Both the position numbers and the translations under genes were made by a program. This document shows, in pieces, positions 9,305 through 19,762 of a stretch of DNA of 64,000 nucleotides (its first letter is position 1; each line of letters begins with the position of its first letter). This stretch comes from Escherichia phage vB_EcoM_G53. The stretch lies in sequence record MK327943.1; one strand, written 5' to 3'. Under the pieces are notes generated by a model. That model did not search any database. It was not told where the DNA came from and was given only the letters and a program-made list of their open reading frames with translations.

Positions 9305-10819
9305 ATGACTGACATTAAAGTACATTTTCATGATTTTAGTCACGTTCGCATTGAATGCGACGAAAGTACGTTTTACGAACTTCGTGACTTTTTTAGCTTT
9401 GAAGCTGACGGGTATAAATTTAACCCGCGTTACAAATATGGGAACTGGGATGGTAGAATTCGTCTTTTAGATTACAACCGTTTGTTACCATATGGACTTG
9501 TAGGACAAATAAAAAAGTTCTGTAGCAATATGAGTTATTCTGTATGGATTGACCCTAAAATCTTTGAGACCGAAGACCTTACCAGAGAAGATTTTGACGC
9601 ATGGCTTTCTAAACAAGAAATTTATTCGGGCAACTCCAAAATCGAACCACATTGGTATCAAAAAGATGCAGTATATGAAGGACTAGTTAATCGTCGTCGA
9701 ATTTTAAACCTTCCGACATCAGCAGGTAAATCACTAATCCAAGCACTTTTAGCTCGATATTATCTAGAGAACTATGAAGGTAAAATTCTCATTATCGTCC
9801 CTACAACAGCATTGACAACCCAGATGGCTAATGATTTTGTTGATTATCGCTTGTTTAGTCATTCGATGATTAAGAAAATTGGCGGTGGTGCTGATAAAGC
9901 AGACAAATCTAAAAACGACGCTCCAATTATTGTTGGCACATGGCAAACGGTAGTTAAGCAGCCTAAAGAATGGTTCTCTCAGTTCGGTATGATGATGAAC
10001 GATGAATGCCACTTAGCAACAGGCAAAAGTATTTCTTCAATCATCTCAGGATTAAATAATTGCATGTTTAAATTCGGTTTATCCGGCTCATTAAGAGACG
10101 GAAAAGCCAATGTAATGCAGTATGTAGGCATGTTCGGCGAAATCTTCCGTCCTGTTAGCACGTCTAAATTAATGGAAGATGGACAGGTAACTGAGCTTAA
10201 GATTAATAGTATTTTCCTTCGTTATCCGGACGAATTCACCGTTAAATTAAAAGGTAAAACATACCAAGAAGAAGTTAAAATTATTACCGGACTAAAACGT
10301 CGTACAAAGTGGATTGCTCAACTTTCGGTCAAATTGGCTAAGAAAGACGAGAACGCCTTTGTAATGTTTAAACACGTTACACACGGTAAAGAAATATTTG
10401 AAGCTATTAAAGAGCTTGGATACGAAAAAGTTTATTACGTATCAGGTGAAGTTGATACTGAAACACGTAACGCGCTTAAAGTCATGGCAGAAAATGGTAA
10501 AGGCATTATTATTGTCGCATCATATGGAGTATTCTCTACTGGTATTTCAGTCAAGAATCTTCATCATGTTATTTTTGCCCATGGTGTTAAATCAAAAATT
10601 ATCGTACTTCAAACCGTAGGTCGTGTGCTTCGTAAGCACGGTTCTAAAGCTGTTGCTACAGTTTGGGATCTCATAGATGACGCAGGTGTAAAACCTAAAT
10701 CATTAAATACTAAAAAGAAGTATACTCATCTTAATTACTTGTTAAAACACGGTATTGATCGTATCCAACGTTACGCTGATGAGAAATTTAACTATGTAAT
10801 GAAAACAATTAATTTATAA
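9305..10819 (+). CDS. uvsW: UvsW RNA-DNA and DNA-DNA helicase
   Basis: 504 aa; strong match to recalled T4 UvsW incl. Walker A (LPTSAGKS) and DECH box. Confidence 0.96.
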   Translation: MTDIKVHFHDFSHVRIECDESTFYELRDFFSFEADGYKFNPRYKYGNWDGRIRLLDYNRLLPYGLVGQIKKFCSNMSYSVWIDPKIFETEDLTREDFDAWLSKQEIYSGNSKIEPHWYQKDAVYEGLVNRRRILNLPTSAGKSLIQALLARYYLENYEGKILIIVPTTALTTQMANDFVDYRLFSHSMIKKIGGGADKADKSKNDAPIIVGTWQTVVKQPKEWFSQFGMMMNDECHLATGKSISSIISGLNNCMFKFGLSGSLRDGKANVMQYVGMFGEIFRPVSTSKLMEDGQVTELKINSIFLRYPDEFTVKLKGKTYQEEVKIITGLKRRTKWIAQLSVKLAKKDENAFVMFKHVTHGKEIFEAIKELGYEKVYYVSGEVDTETRNALKVMAENGKGIIIVASYGVFSTGISVKNLHHVIFAHGVKSKIIVLQTVGRVLRKHGSKAVATVWDLIDDAGVKPKSLNTKKKYTHLNYLLKHGIDRIQRYADEKFNYVMKTINL

Positions 10820-10834
10820 GGGCTTCGGCCCTTA
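10819..10834 (+). terminator. Hairpin between uvsW and uvsW.1
   Basis: AAGGGC-UUCG-GCCCUU. Confidence 0.45.
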
Positions 10835-10844
10835 GGAGATAAAA

Positions 10845-11078
10845 ATGGTACTTGAATTTAAACAATTTTTATACGAAGCATCTATTGACGAATTCATGGG
10901 TAAAATTGCTAGTTGTCATACCCTAGAAGGGCTTGAAGAATTGGAAGCTTATTATAAGAAACGTATAAAAGAAACGGAATTAAAAGATACAGATGATATT
11001 TCTGTCAGGGATGCCTTAGCAGGTAAGCGTGCCGAACTTGAAGGCGACGATGATGAGGATGTGGAAGAAGACTTCTAA
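10845..11078 (+). CDS. uvsW.1: UvsW.1 small acidic protein
   Basis: 77 aa immediately after uvsW, RBS AGGAG, T4 synteny. Confidence 0.75.
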   Translation: MVLEFKQFLYEASIDEFMGKIASCHTLEGLEELEAYYKKRIKETELKDTDDISVRDALAGKRAELEGDDDEDVEEDF

Positions 11079-11136
11079 TTAAAAAAAGGCCCGACCTTTT
11101 TGGAAGGGCCAAAAACCATAGGCAAAAAAGGTAACA

Positions 11137-11304
11137 CTATAGTAAAAGTTGGGTTTCGTTCAATTGCTCTTCTGAACTTTCTGAAACCGGTAATTGTTGG
11201 ACATAATTATAACAAGGACCAGGATGTGCTGGACCTTTGTCTGTTTCAACAACCAATGCAGAATCGATTGGAGTTTTACAGACAACACAAATCTTATCTG
11301 ACAT
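11137..11304 (-). CDS. Hypothetical 55-aa protein with Cys-x2-Cys (uvsY.-2 position)
   Basis: ORF MSDKICVVCKTPIDS... not in ORF track (<60 aa); TATAAATA late promoter on minus strand at 11334-11341. Confidence 0.45.
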   Translation of the reverse strand: MSDKICVVCKTPIDSALVVETDKGPAHPGPCYNYVQQLPVSESSEEQLNETQLLL

Positions 11305-11333
11305 GATTGCCTCCTAAGTTGAAATTACATATC

Positions 11334-11341
11334 TATTTATA
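11334..11341 (-). promoter_or_regulatory. Late promoter TATAAATA (minus strand) for 55-aa ORF
   Basis: Exact motif ~30 nt upstream of ATG at 11304. Confidence 0.45.
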
Positions 11342-11561
11342 CAACTCTCATATGCATATCAATGCCCATATCTTTAGAATAAAAATATTCATCAAGATAT
11401 CCGGCAAATTTTCCTTTAATATAAAGGACGTCTTCACCACACGGGTGGTCTGCCAGGATACGAATATCCTGACGACGTAGACGATACTTTTCCATTAAGA
11501 ATTTAATTTCAGTTTCAAATTCTTCGTCATTATTAAAGGCATCTTCAATTGAATAACGCAT
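11337..11561 (-). CDS. Hypothetical protein (uvsY.-1 position)
   Basis: 74-aa ORF whose start overlaps uvsY stop. Confidence 0.65.
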   Translation of the reverse strand: MRYSIEDAFNNDEEFETEIKFLMEKYRLRRQDIRILADHPCGEDVLYIKGKFAGYLDEYFYSKDMGIDMHMRVV

Positions 11562-11974
11562 TATTGCCCCGCTTCAAATTCTCGCATATCCTGGATATGT
11601 TTAAGTGCAAAACTACGAGACTTAACTGCGTCAAGTGCACCACTACAGAACTCAAGTAAAATTCCCCAGTATTGTAAAGTAGTCTCTATTTTAAGCACAT
11701 CTTTATCTGCAGCCAGGACAGTTTTCATTTCAGATTTCTCGTATCGGTCCATACTGAATTCATCACCGTCACCTCGTCCCGAGTAGTAGTCTAATCTTGC
11801 TTTTAGAGCAGTTTTCTTCTGAGTCTCTATACGCAACATTTCTTTACGAATAAATGAGTGCTTACGTAGCCATTTGCTGTATAACTTAACATTATTCGCC
11901 GTCTCATATTGCAACTTTGACATATCAATAGCTAAGTCTGCGTCTAACTCTTCCTGTAAATCTTCCAGCTTCAT
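11561..11974 (-). CDS. uvsY: UvsY recombination mediator
   Basis: 137 aa; close match to recalled T4 UvsY. Confidence 0.95.
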   Translation of the reverse strand: MKLEDLQEELDADLAIDMSKLQYETANNVKLYSKWLRKHSFIRKEMLRIETQKKTALKARLDYYSGRGDGDEFSMDRYEKSEMKTVLAADKDVLKIETTLQYWGILLEFCSGALDAVKSRSFALKHIQDMREFEAGQ

Positions 11975-12028
11975 AATATTCTCTCATTAACTAATAATCT
12001 CCCGGCTGTATCGGAAGGACCTAAAACC

Positions 12029-12054
12029 ATTATACATAGGTCGCCTTGAAGCAT
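12029..12054 (-). promoter_or_regulatory. Middle (MotA-dependent) promoter for uvsY
   Basis: MotA-box-like ATGCTTCA 12 nt upstream of TATAAT on minus strand. Confidence 0.5.
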
Positions 12055-12452
12055 TACACTCTATTGCTTGACGCTAACTGAAGTTTAATTTGTTCAATAT
12101 CGTCAGGGTTGTCTACGACCGAAAATCTAATCTCTACTATAACCGTATAGTCATCATATACTGGCGTTACACTTACAGAAAGTTTGTCGATGCGTGGCTC
12201 ATAGTTACGAACAGCTGCCTGGATATTACGCTCAATCGTATCGGCTGTAAGTGGTGTCATGTTCTCGAAAAGTTCGTCGACCAAATCGCATCCAAATTCA
12301 GGGTCGAAGGGGCGTGAGCCTTTTCTAGTTGTCACTATGCCAAGAAGACTATTTTTAATAGAACGAAGTCCTACAGAACGAGCAACGTCCTTGTTCCAAT
12401 CCATACGCATTTCTGGGTCGATATCTGAATAAAGTTTATTGATATTAGACAT
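12054..12452 (-). CDS. 25: Baseplate wedge subunit gp25
   Basis: 132 aa, near-identical to recalled T4 gp25. Confidence 0.96.
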   Translation of the reverse strand: MSNINKLYSDIDPEMRMDWNKDVARSVGLRSIKNSLLGIVTTRKGSRPFDPEFGCDLVDELFENMTPLTADTIERNIQAAVRNYEPRIDKLSVSVTPVYDDYTVIVEIRFSVVDNPDDIEQIKLQLASSNRV

Positions 12453-13078
12453 TATAATAACTCAAAGAATTCTTTGAGGCCTCGTATTGTGTGAACGTGT
12501 GACGCCCCACATTTGGGACATTTAATAGGGGTTGCCAGATAAATTGATGGCGACACCAAAAGATTTTTAATATTGATCATGTCATCTTCTGTTATAAGGC
12601 CGTAAAGGTCGTTTATTTCTGCTTCAGTTAAATCTTCAACAGGGATGGACTCTCCATTGACAAAAACGGCCTCAATACATGAAGCAATCATTAATGCGAT
12701 ATTTTTATCGTCAAATAATTTAGGTTGACGGAACTTAATTTTAATACCACTAAACGAATACCAGGGATCGGCCTGTTCATCTAATTGAGTGTGCAATAAA
12801 TTCATATAGACTTGAAATGAATGCCCACAGGAACAATTCCAGGTGTGTTCTTGATTCACTTCACCTAACGAATGTGCCCACAGATTTACCAACAATAGCT
12901 CGGCTTCTTGTTTAGTCAAGTTTTTAGCGTTAGAGCAATTAGTGATAATATTGTTCACTGCTGATTCAATAGTACCGGTAGCCCGTGCACCTATGAGTCC
13001 TAAATATTCTTTTAAAGTAAAGGCTCTACAATTCACTTCTTTATCGCCTAAACGTACGGTAAACGTATATTTGTACAT
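12452..13078 (-). CDS. 26: Baseplate hub subunit gp26
   Basis: 208 aa, position and size as T4 gp26. Confidence 0.9.
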   Translation of the reverse strand: MYKYTFTVRLGDKEVNCRAFTLKEYLGLIGARATGTIESAVNNIITNCSNAKNLTKQEAELLLVNLWAHSLGEVNQEHTWNCSCGHSFQVYMNLLHTQLDEQADPWYSFSGIKIKFRQPKLFDDKNIALMIASCIEAVFVNGESIPVEDLTEAEINDLYGLITEDDMINIKNLLVSPSIYLATPIKCPKCGASHVHTIRGLKEFFELL

Positions 13079-13096
13079 GTTAACTCCTTTATTGTG

Positions 13097-13108
13097 TATT
13101 TATAAATA
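13097..13108. promoter_or_regulatory. Overlapping divergent late promoters (TATTTATAAATA) for gene 26 (minus) and gene 51 (plus)
   Basis: TATAAATA present on both strands within a 12-nt palindrome-like element. Confidence 0.55.
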
Positions 13109-13125
13109 ATAGAAAAGGAGTAATT

Positions 13126-13878
13126 ATGGCTAATATAATTCGTTGTAAATTACCGGATGGTGTTCATCGTTTCAAGCCGTTCACCGTAGCGGATTATAGA
13201 GACTTTTTACTAGTTAGAAATGATATCGAACATCGTTCGCCACAAGAACAAAAAGAAATAATTGCTGATCTGATTGATGATTATTTTGGCGAGTACCCTA
13301 AAACATGGCAACCATTTATATTCCTGCAAGTTTTTGCAGGCTCTATAGGCAAAACAAAAGTTCCCGTTATTTTCACTTGCCCTAAATGCTCTAAAGAAAA
13401 AACTGCACCATTTGAGATATATCAAAAAGAACTAGTCGAACCTGAACTTGATGTTGCTGGTATAAAAATACGTTTTTCTTTCCCTGAAAAGTTTTATGAC
13501 AACAAAGCATTAATGATAAGTGAAAACATAAAAGAAATATATTATAATGACGAATGGTACCCATGGAATGATTTGACTGAAGAGAACCAAATCCAAGTAA
13601 TAGAAGCAATAGACATTGACTCGCTCGAGAAGGTTATTGCTTCTATGAATCCTATTAATTTGACCCTTAGATTAGGATGTTGTGAACGACATGTTAAAAC
13701 ATATACTGATATCTTAGAGGTTTTTAAATTGTTAGTTAACCCTGATGAGATTTTTACATTCTATCAGATAAACCATTCACTGGTAAAGAGTCAATACACA
13801 TTGGATTCTATTATGCAAATGATTCCTGTTGAACGTGGTATTGCTTTAACATTAGTAGAAAAGGACCATAAAAAATGA
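13126..13878 (+). CDS. 51: Baseplate hub assembly catalyst gp51
   Basis: 250 aa, divergent from gene 26, T4 synteny. Confidence 0.9.
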   Translation: MANIIRCKLPDGVHRFKPFTVADYRDFLLVRNDIEHRSPQEQKEIIADLIDDYFGEYPKTWQPFIFLQVFAGSIGKTKVPVIFTCPKCSKEKTAPFEIYQKELVEPELDVAGIKIRFSFPEKFYDNKALMISENIKEIYYNDEWYPWNDLTEENQIQVIEAIDIDSLEKVIASMNPINLTLRLGCCERHVKTYTDILEVFKLLVNPDEIFTFYQINHSLVKSQYTLDSIMQMIPVERGIALTLVEKDHKK

Positions 13879-15047
13879 AAGTATTCCAACGTCCAGGATA
13901 TCCTAACTTAAGCGTTAAATTATACCAAGATTATTCGGCTTGGCAAGAAAATAGATACGTTGAACTCGCAGCAACAATAACAACTTTAACCATGCGAGAT
14001 TCGCTATATGGAAGAAATGAAGGGATTCTTCAATTTTATGACACTAAAAACATTCACACTAAAATGGACGGTAGACAGATAGTTCAAATCTCTGTTTCAA
14101 ATTCAAACACGCCTCTCCAAGTTAGAACTCGAATTTATGGATGTAGACATTATTCTGTGTCTGTGGACTCAAAAGGTGACAATATTATTGCAATTGAGCT
14201 TGGAACAATACATTCTATAGAGAACCTTAAATTTGGGCGACCATTCTTCCCGGACGCAGGCGAATCTATACGTGAAATGTTAGGTGTCATATACAAAGAC
14301 CGTGCGTTAATTACTCCGCCAATAAACACTATTAATGCTTATGTTCCTGATATCCCTTGGACAAGCACATTTGATGATTATTTGGCATATGTCAGAGAAT
14401 TAGGACTTGCTACAGCGAGTGATAAGTTCGTATTCGTATGGCAAGATATTTTAGGCGTAAACATGATTGACTACGATACTCTTATTGGTCAGGAAGGCAT
14501 TAAGATGATTGTAGGTGAGCCAAATACTGTAGGTCAGTATATTCAAGAGCTTGAGTATCCATTAGTATGGGATTTCACCTGGATGACTAAAGCTAACCAA
14601 TTTACAAGAGACCCTATTAAAAACGCCACGATATTCGCTCATTCATTTTTAGATACATCTATTCCGGTTATTGTTACAGGCGATGGCGATAATGCTATTG
14701 TTGTGTCAAGATCCGGTGGATATTCCGAAATGACCTATCGTAATGGATTTGAAGAAGCAAGTCGTCTTCAGACAATGGCTCAATATGACGGATATGCTAA
14801 ATGCACTACTACAGGTAATTTTAACATAACGCCTGCTACTAAAATTATATTTGTTGACCAAAAGAACCAATTCAAATCCGAATTTTACGTAGATGAAGTT
14901 ATTCATGAGTTATCAAATAACAACTCACAAACTCATCTATACATGTTTACCAACTCAATGGTGTTAGAACCTGTTAACCCAGTTAAGGTTAAAAATGAAC
15001 TTAAATCTGATTCTACCTCTAAAGAAAATAATTCTACCACAGTCTAA
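13875..15047 (+). CDS. 27: Baseplate hub subunit gp27
   Basis: 390 aa, T4 gp27 is 391 aa, synteny. Confidence 0.92.
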   Translation: MKVFQRPGYPNLSVKLYQDYSAWQENRYVELAATITTLTMRDSLYGRNEGILQFYDTKNIHTKMDGRQIVQISVSNSNTPLQVRTRIYGCRHYSVSVDSKGDNIIAIELGTIHSIENLKFGRPFFPDAGESIREMLGVIYKDRALITPPINTINAYVPDIPWTSTFDDYLAYVRELGLATASDKFVFVWQDILGVNMIDYDTLIGQEGIKMIVGEPNTVGQYIQELEYPLVWDFTWMTKANQFTRDPIKNATIFAHSFLDTSIPVIVTGDGDNAIVVSRSGGYSEMTYRNGFEEASRLQTMAQYDGYAKCTTTGNFNITPATKIIFVDQKNQFKSEFYVDEVIHELSNNNSQTHLYMFTNSMVLEPVNPVKVKNELKSDSTSKENNSTTV

Positions 15048-15528
15048 TAAAAAGGTAATGATTCCTAAATTAGGGCTCAAACATTATAATCTTTTAAAGG
15101 ACGTTAAAGGTCCTGATGAAAACATGAAAATCTTAGCTGATTCTATTTGTAAAAATATGAGTCCTGCAGATTTTGATTTTGCATGTCTACATATATTGGA
15201 ATTTAATAACAAACTTAAGTCTGAAGTTGAAAAAGATGGATTCACTTATAAACTAGATGACGTCTATGTATGCCAACGAACAGAATTCCAATTCCAAGGT
15301 AATACTTTTTATTTTAGACCCCCAGGCAAATTTGAACAATTCGCTACAATCAGTGAAATGCTATCAAATTGCTTAATAAAAGTTAATGACGAAGAGAAAG
15401 AAATTTCTTTCCTTGAGATGCCTGCTTTTGTAATCAAATGGGCAGAAGACCTTTCGACAACTATTGCTATTCCAGGCCCTAATGGTCCTATTAAGGGTAT
15501 AGCAGAAATTATTGGATTGCTTGAATGA
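14995..15528 (+). CDS. 28: Baseplate hub distal subunit gp28
   Basis: 177 aa, overlaps gp27 3' end as in T4. Confidence 0.88.
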   Translation: MNLNLILPLKKIILPQSNKKVMIPKLGLKHYNLLKDVKGPDENMKILADSICKNMSPADFDFACLHILEFNNKLKSEVEKDGFTYKLDDVYVCQRTEFQFQGNTFYFRPPGKFEQFATISEMLSNCLIKVNDEEKEISFLEMPAFVIKWAEDLSTTIAIPGPNGPIKGIAEIIGLLE

Positions 15529-17297
15529 AACCTGAAGAAATGAAATCCATGCGTAGAAATAAGGTCATTGCCGATAATAAACCACAAAAAGTAGCTGCAA
15601 CAGCAGCTACCGATTCATTAGAAGCATTGAATAACATTTCATCAAAACTAGACGATGTCCAAGCCGCGTCTGAACTCACATCACAAAGTGTAGAAGATAA
15701 AGGCAATGGAATTATTGAATCAATTGGAGACTTAAAGAATTCGACAGATAATACTGCTGAAGGCACAGAGCTTATCGCAGAAGTTATTGAAAAACAAACT
15801 GAAGTCACTAAAAGTATAAACGAAGTTTCTAGTGCAATAAGCTCTAAGTTAGACCGATTAGCTACATTATTAGAGCAAAAATTACAAACATCTACCGCTA
15901 TTCAAAATACAGGAGGCACCTCTCTTGAAGTAATTGAGAACGCGATACCTGTTAAAGTGGTTGAGAATGAAACTTCTGATGAGTTGTTTAAAGCATTCCC
16001 TACACCTGAAAAGATTGATAATAAGCCAGACGAAGATTTCTTCCCAGCCACGGTTCAAGAAAGTGCTAATTCTACTTCCGATTCTAAAGGCGGAATTAGC
16101 TTTAAATTGAGCGATAAAATTGCAATGCTCACCAAAACAGTTCAAACCGGGTTTAATAAATCAATATCAATTTCAGACAGAATTGCTGGAATGCTTTTCA
16201 AATACACTATAACGGCTGCTATTGAAGCAGCAAAAATGGCCGCACTTATTCTTGGTATTGTTATCGGTATTGATTTATTGATAGTCCATTTCAAATATTG
16301 GACAGACAAGTTCACTTCTGCCTGGGATTTATTTGACGAAAACTTTACTAAATTCTCCGATGAAGCTAAAGAGTGGGGTAAATTCTTAAGTGATATATTC
16401 ACTTCTATTGACTCGATAAAACAATTGTGGGAAGCTGGAGACTGGGGCGGTTTAACCGTTGCTATTGTCAAAGGTGTAGGAACAGCATTAATGAACTTAG
16501 GTGAACTAATTCAATTAGGAATGGCTAAACTCTCTGCGTCTATATTGCGTGCTATAGGTTTTGGCGATACCGCGGACGAAATAGAAGGACGTGCTTTAGA
16601 AGGATTCCAAGAAACTACTGGGAACAAATTAAAGAAAGAAGACCAAGAGAAAGTCGCTAAATATCAAATGAAACGTGACGATGGGGAATTAGGAACCGTT
16701 TCTAAAGGTCTTGATATGTTACAACGCGGCAAAACATTCGTTACTAACTGGGTTCGTGGTAATGACAATAAAGAAGAGTTTAGTACAAGCGATGAGCGTG
16801 CTGCGGAATCAGCAAAATTAAAAGAGTTGCCTGAAGAGGAGCGTAAAGAGGCGTATATAAAAGCTAATGAAACTCGTGCGGCACTGGTTAGATTTGAGGA
16901 TTATATCGATAAAATCGATATGACTAATCCGGAAAATGCTAAAAACGTCGAGAAGTCTTATGCTGATTTAAGTAAACTTATTAAAGACCCTGAACTTAAT
17001 AAAACTCCTGTTGTTAAAAAGGAAATAGATGCTAGATTTGAAAAGCTAAATAATAAAATGGCTGAAGCCAAAAATGCCCAGACAACAGTTAAGCCTGAAT
17101 CTTCGTCTAAATCTCCAGAAGCAAAACAAGTTCAGTCAATAGAGAAAGGACGTGCTTCTGAATCTAAACAACAGCAACCGGTAGCGGCGATTAGTAACAC
17201 AAATAATGTCGTCAAAAAGAATACCGTAGTCCAGAATATGACCCCTGTAACAAGTACAACGGCTCCTGGAATTTTCCATGCCACCGGTGTTAATTAA
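15525..17297 (+). CDS. 29: Baseplate hub subunit / tail length determinator gp29
   Basis: 590 aa, same size as T4 gp29, synteny. Confidence 0.92.
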   Translation: MKPEEMKSMRRNKVIADNKPQKVAATAATDSLEALNNISSKLDDVQAASELTSQSVEDKGNGIIESIGDLKNSTDNTAEGTELIAEVIEKQTEVTKSINEVSSAISSKLDRLATLLEQKLQTSTAIQNTGGTSLEVIENAIPVKVVENETSDELFKAFPTPEKIDNKPDEDFFPATVQESANSTSDSKGGISFKLSDKIAMLTKTVQTGFNKSISISDRIAGMLFKYTITAAIEAAKMAALILGIVIGIDLLIVHFKYWTDKFTSAWDLFDENFTKFSDEAKEWGKFLSDIFTSIDSIKQLWEAGDWGGLTVAIVKGVGTALMNLGELIQLGMAKLSASILRAIGFGDTADEIEGRALEGFQETTGNKLKKEDQEKVAKYQMKRDDGELGTVSKGLDMLQRGKTFVTNWVRGNDNKEEFSTSDERAAESAKLKELPEEERKEAYIKANETRAALVRFEDYIDKIDMTNPENAKNVEKSYADLSKLIKDPELNKTPVVKKEIDARFEKLNNKMAEAKNAQTTVKPESSSKSPEAKQVQSIEKGRASESKQQQPVAAISNTNNVVKKNTVVQNMTPVTSTTAPGIFHATGVN

Positions 17298-17305
17298 GGA
17301 TTATT

Positions 17306-18415
17306 ATGATTAGTGTAAAAGAAATAGTAGTAGATGCAAAGGATTTAAATAAAGCAATCCCAGTCTCAGAAAGTGCCGGGCAAAGCACTAAAACAGAAAC
17401 AACTACTAAAACTTATGTTGCTCAATTTCCTACAGGAAGAGCAGCCGGAAATGACTCCACAGGAGACTTCCAGGTAACAGACCTTTATAAGAATGGATTA
17501 TTATTTACCGCGTACAATATGTCTGCACGCGATTCAGGATCCCTCAGGAATTTACGTCCGGCGTATGCCGGGACTTCATCTAATGGTATCATATCAGATT
17601 TAACTGATAATGTGAAAGATGCAGTGACTAAATTCTCAAATGGATTGCTTCCTGCCGGAGCTAATAAGTCTACTATAAACAAAACTCCTGTTGCTAATAT
17701 ACTTTTGCCACGTTCCAAATCCGACGTTGATACAACTTCGCATCGTTTTAATGATGTCGGTGATAGCCTTATTACTAAAGGTGGAGGTACTGCTACGGGT
17801 GTTTTAAGTAACATTGCTTCTACCGCAGTTTTTGGTGCATTAGATTCTATTACTCAAGGGCTTATGGCTGATAATAACGAGCAGATTTATACGACTTCTC
17901 GTAGTATGTATGGTGGTGCTGAGAACCGTACTAAAGTCTTTACATGGGATTTAACTCCACGTTCAACTGAAGACCTTATGGCTATTATAAACATTTACCA
18001 GTATTTTAACTATTTCTCATACGGTGAGACCGGTAAATCACAGTACGCCCAAGAGATTAAAAGTTATTTAGACGAGTGGTACCGTTCAACGTTTATTGAG
18101 CCTATGACACCAGACGATGCAGTAAAAAATAAGACATTGTTTGAAAAGATTACTGCGTCATTAACAAATGTATTAGTTGTAAGCAACCCTACAATTTGGA
18201 TGGTTAAAAACTTTGGTTATACATCTAAATTTGATGGATTAACTGACGTATTTGGCCCATGTCAAATTCAAAGCGTACGTTTTGATAAAACTCCAAATGG
18301 ACAATTTAATGGTCTTGCTGTTGCTCCTAACTTACCATCAACATTTACGTTAGAGATAACAATGCGAGAAATTATTACATTAAACCGTTCTTCACTTTAT
18401 GCGGGGACTTTCTAA
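17306..18415 (+). CDS. 48: Baseplate tail tube cap gp48
   Basis: 369 aa, synteny 29-48-54. Confidence 0.9.
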   Translation: MISVKEIVVDAKDLNKAIPVSESAGQSTKTETTTKTYVAQFPTGRAAGNDSTGDFQVTDLYKNGLLFTAYNMSARDSGSLRNLRPAYAGTSSNGIISDLTDNVKDAVTKFSNGLLPAGANKSTINKTPVANILLPRSKSDVDTTSHRFNDVGDSLITKGGGTATGVLSNIASTAVFGALDSITQGLMADNNEQIYTTSRSMYGGAENRTKVFTWDLTPRSTEDLMAIINIYQYFNYFSYGETGKSQYAQEIKSYLDEWYRSTFIEPMTPDDAVKNKTLFEKITASLTNVLVVSNPTIWMVKNFGYTSKFDGLTDVFGPCQIQSVRFDKTPNGQFNGLAVAPNLPSTFTLEITMREIITLNRSSLYAGTF

Positions 18416-19377
18416 TGTACTCTTTAGAAGAATTTAATAACCAAGCTATAAATGCAGATTTCCAACGAAACAATATGTTTAGTTGTGTATTTGCTACTAC
18501 ACCATCAACCAAATCATCTTCACTAATTTCGTCAATTGGTAGTTTTGCTTATAATAACTTAGGGTTGGATTCAGATTGGCTAGGATTGTCTCAAGGTGAT
18601 ATCAATCAGGGCGTAACAACCCTGATTACAGCAGGAACACAGAAATTAATTCGAAAATCAGGTATAAGTAAATATCTGATTGGAGCAATGAGTCAACGTA
18701 CGGTACAAAGCTTGTTAGGTGAGTTCACAGTAGGAGCTTATCTGATAGACTTCTTCAATATGGCATATAATAATACAGGTTTAATGATTTATTCTGTAAA
18801 AATGCCTGAGAACCGATTATCGTATGAAACGGATTTCAACTATAACTCCCCGAACATCCGAATTACCGGTCGTGAAATGGACCCGTTAGTAATAAGCTTT
18901 AGAATGGATTCTGAAGCATCTAACTTTAGAGCAATGCAAGACTGGGTAAACTCAGTCCAAGACCCTGTAACAGGTCTTCGTGCTTTACCACAAGACGTCG
19001 AAGCAGATATTCAGGTTAATTTACATGCACGAAATGGTTTACCACATACCGCTGTCATGTTCACTGGATGTATTCCTGTTAGTGTCTCTTCTCCTGAGTT
19101 AACGTATGATGGTGATAATCAGATAACAGTTTTTGACGTAACATTTGCTTATCGCGTTATGCAATCAGGTGCTGTAAATAGACAGGCTGCTTTAGAATGG
19201 CTGGAATCAGGACTTATTAGTAGTGTTTCAGGAATGTTTGGAAATAATCAGAATGATTCTGGACTAGGAAGTGCAGTATCAAGACTTTCTAGATTAGGTG
19301 GGACTGCTGGTGGTGTGTCTAATATAAACACATTGACAGGTGTTGTGAATTCTGCGTCAAGAGTTTTAGGACTATAA
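18415..19377 (+). CDS. 54: Baseplate tail tube initiator gp54
   Basis: 320 aa, same size as T4 gp54. Confidence 0.92.
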   Translation: MYSLEEFNNQAINADFQRNNMFSCVFATTPSTKSSSLISSIGSFAYNNLGLDSDWLGLSQGDINQGVTTLITAGTQKLIRKSGISKYLIGAMSQRTVQSLLGEFTVGAYLIDFFNMAYNNTGLMIYSVKMPENRLSYETDFNYNSPNIRITGREMDPLVISFRMDSEASNFRAMQDWVNSVQDPVTGLRALPQDVEADIQVNLHARNGLPHTAVMFTGCIPVSVSSPELTYDGDNQITVFDVTFAYRVMQSGAVNRQAALEWLESGLISSVSGMFGNNQNDSGLGSAVSRLSRLGGTAGGVSNINTLTGVVNSASRVLGL

Positions 19378-19383
19378 GAAAAA

Positions 19384-19400
19384 GGGAGACGTTGTCTCCC
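19384..19400. terminator. Bidirectional terminator hairpin after gene 54
   Basis: GGGAGAC-GUU-GUCUCCC flanked by A/T runs. Confidence 0.6.
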
Positions 19401-19409
19401 TTTAGGGGT

Positions 19410-19703
19410 TTATTTACGGAATGAAAGGAATGCTGGTGCTCTGAATGGAGTATCATCTTTAGAGTATTTAACTAATACGACCATTGGTACCTCTGTTTCT
19501 AAATGACCTGTCACTACACCGACAAAAATTTGATCAGTGTGCTCAGGGTCACGAAAGTTTTTAAGAGGTTCCATAGCAATATGGAATGCACCTGGGAATA
19601 CTCGATTCAATTCATCAATCACAGCTTCGTTAAAAACATCATCCGCTGGGATAGCATCTTCAACTACTAGTTCTTGGCCATTAAAGCGAAGCATAGATTT
19701 CAT
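19410..19703 (-). CDS. Hypothetical protein downstream of alt (alt.-1-like); start reassigned to internal ATG with GAGGAAA RBS
   Basis: ORF-track start at 19775 overlaps alt; early promoter 19733-19762 and RBS favour start at 19703. Confidence 0.55.
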   Translation of the reverse strand: MKSMLRFNGQELVVEDAIPADDVFNEAVIDELNRVFPGAFHIAMEPLKNFRDPEHTDQIFVGVVTGHLETEVPMVVLVKYSKDDTPFRAPAFLSFRK

Positions 19704-19732
19704 AACGTTTTCCTCATGTTGTTGATGGGATG

Positions 19733-19762
19733 ATAGTATCACACATCCATGTGTTTGTAAAC
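19733..19762 (-). promoter_or_regulatory. Early promoter (minus) for alt.-1-like ORF
   Basis: GTTTAC...TACTAT. Confidence 0.45.

Noticed and set aside
11086-11110. Possible terminator after uvsW.1 (GGCCC...GGGCC)
   Set aside because: The two GC blocks are not well complementary (direct rather than inverted arrangement with long loop); not confident.
11100-11306. ORF-track 68-aa plus-strand ORF after uvsW.1
   Set aside because: No RBS, and it overlaps a minus-strand ORF that has a late promoter and fits T4 synteny.
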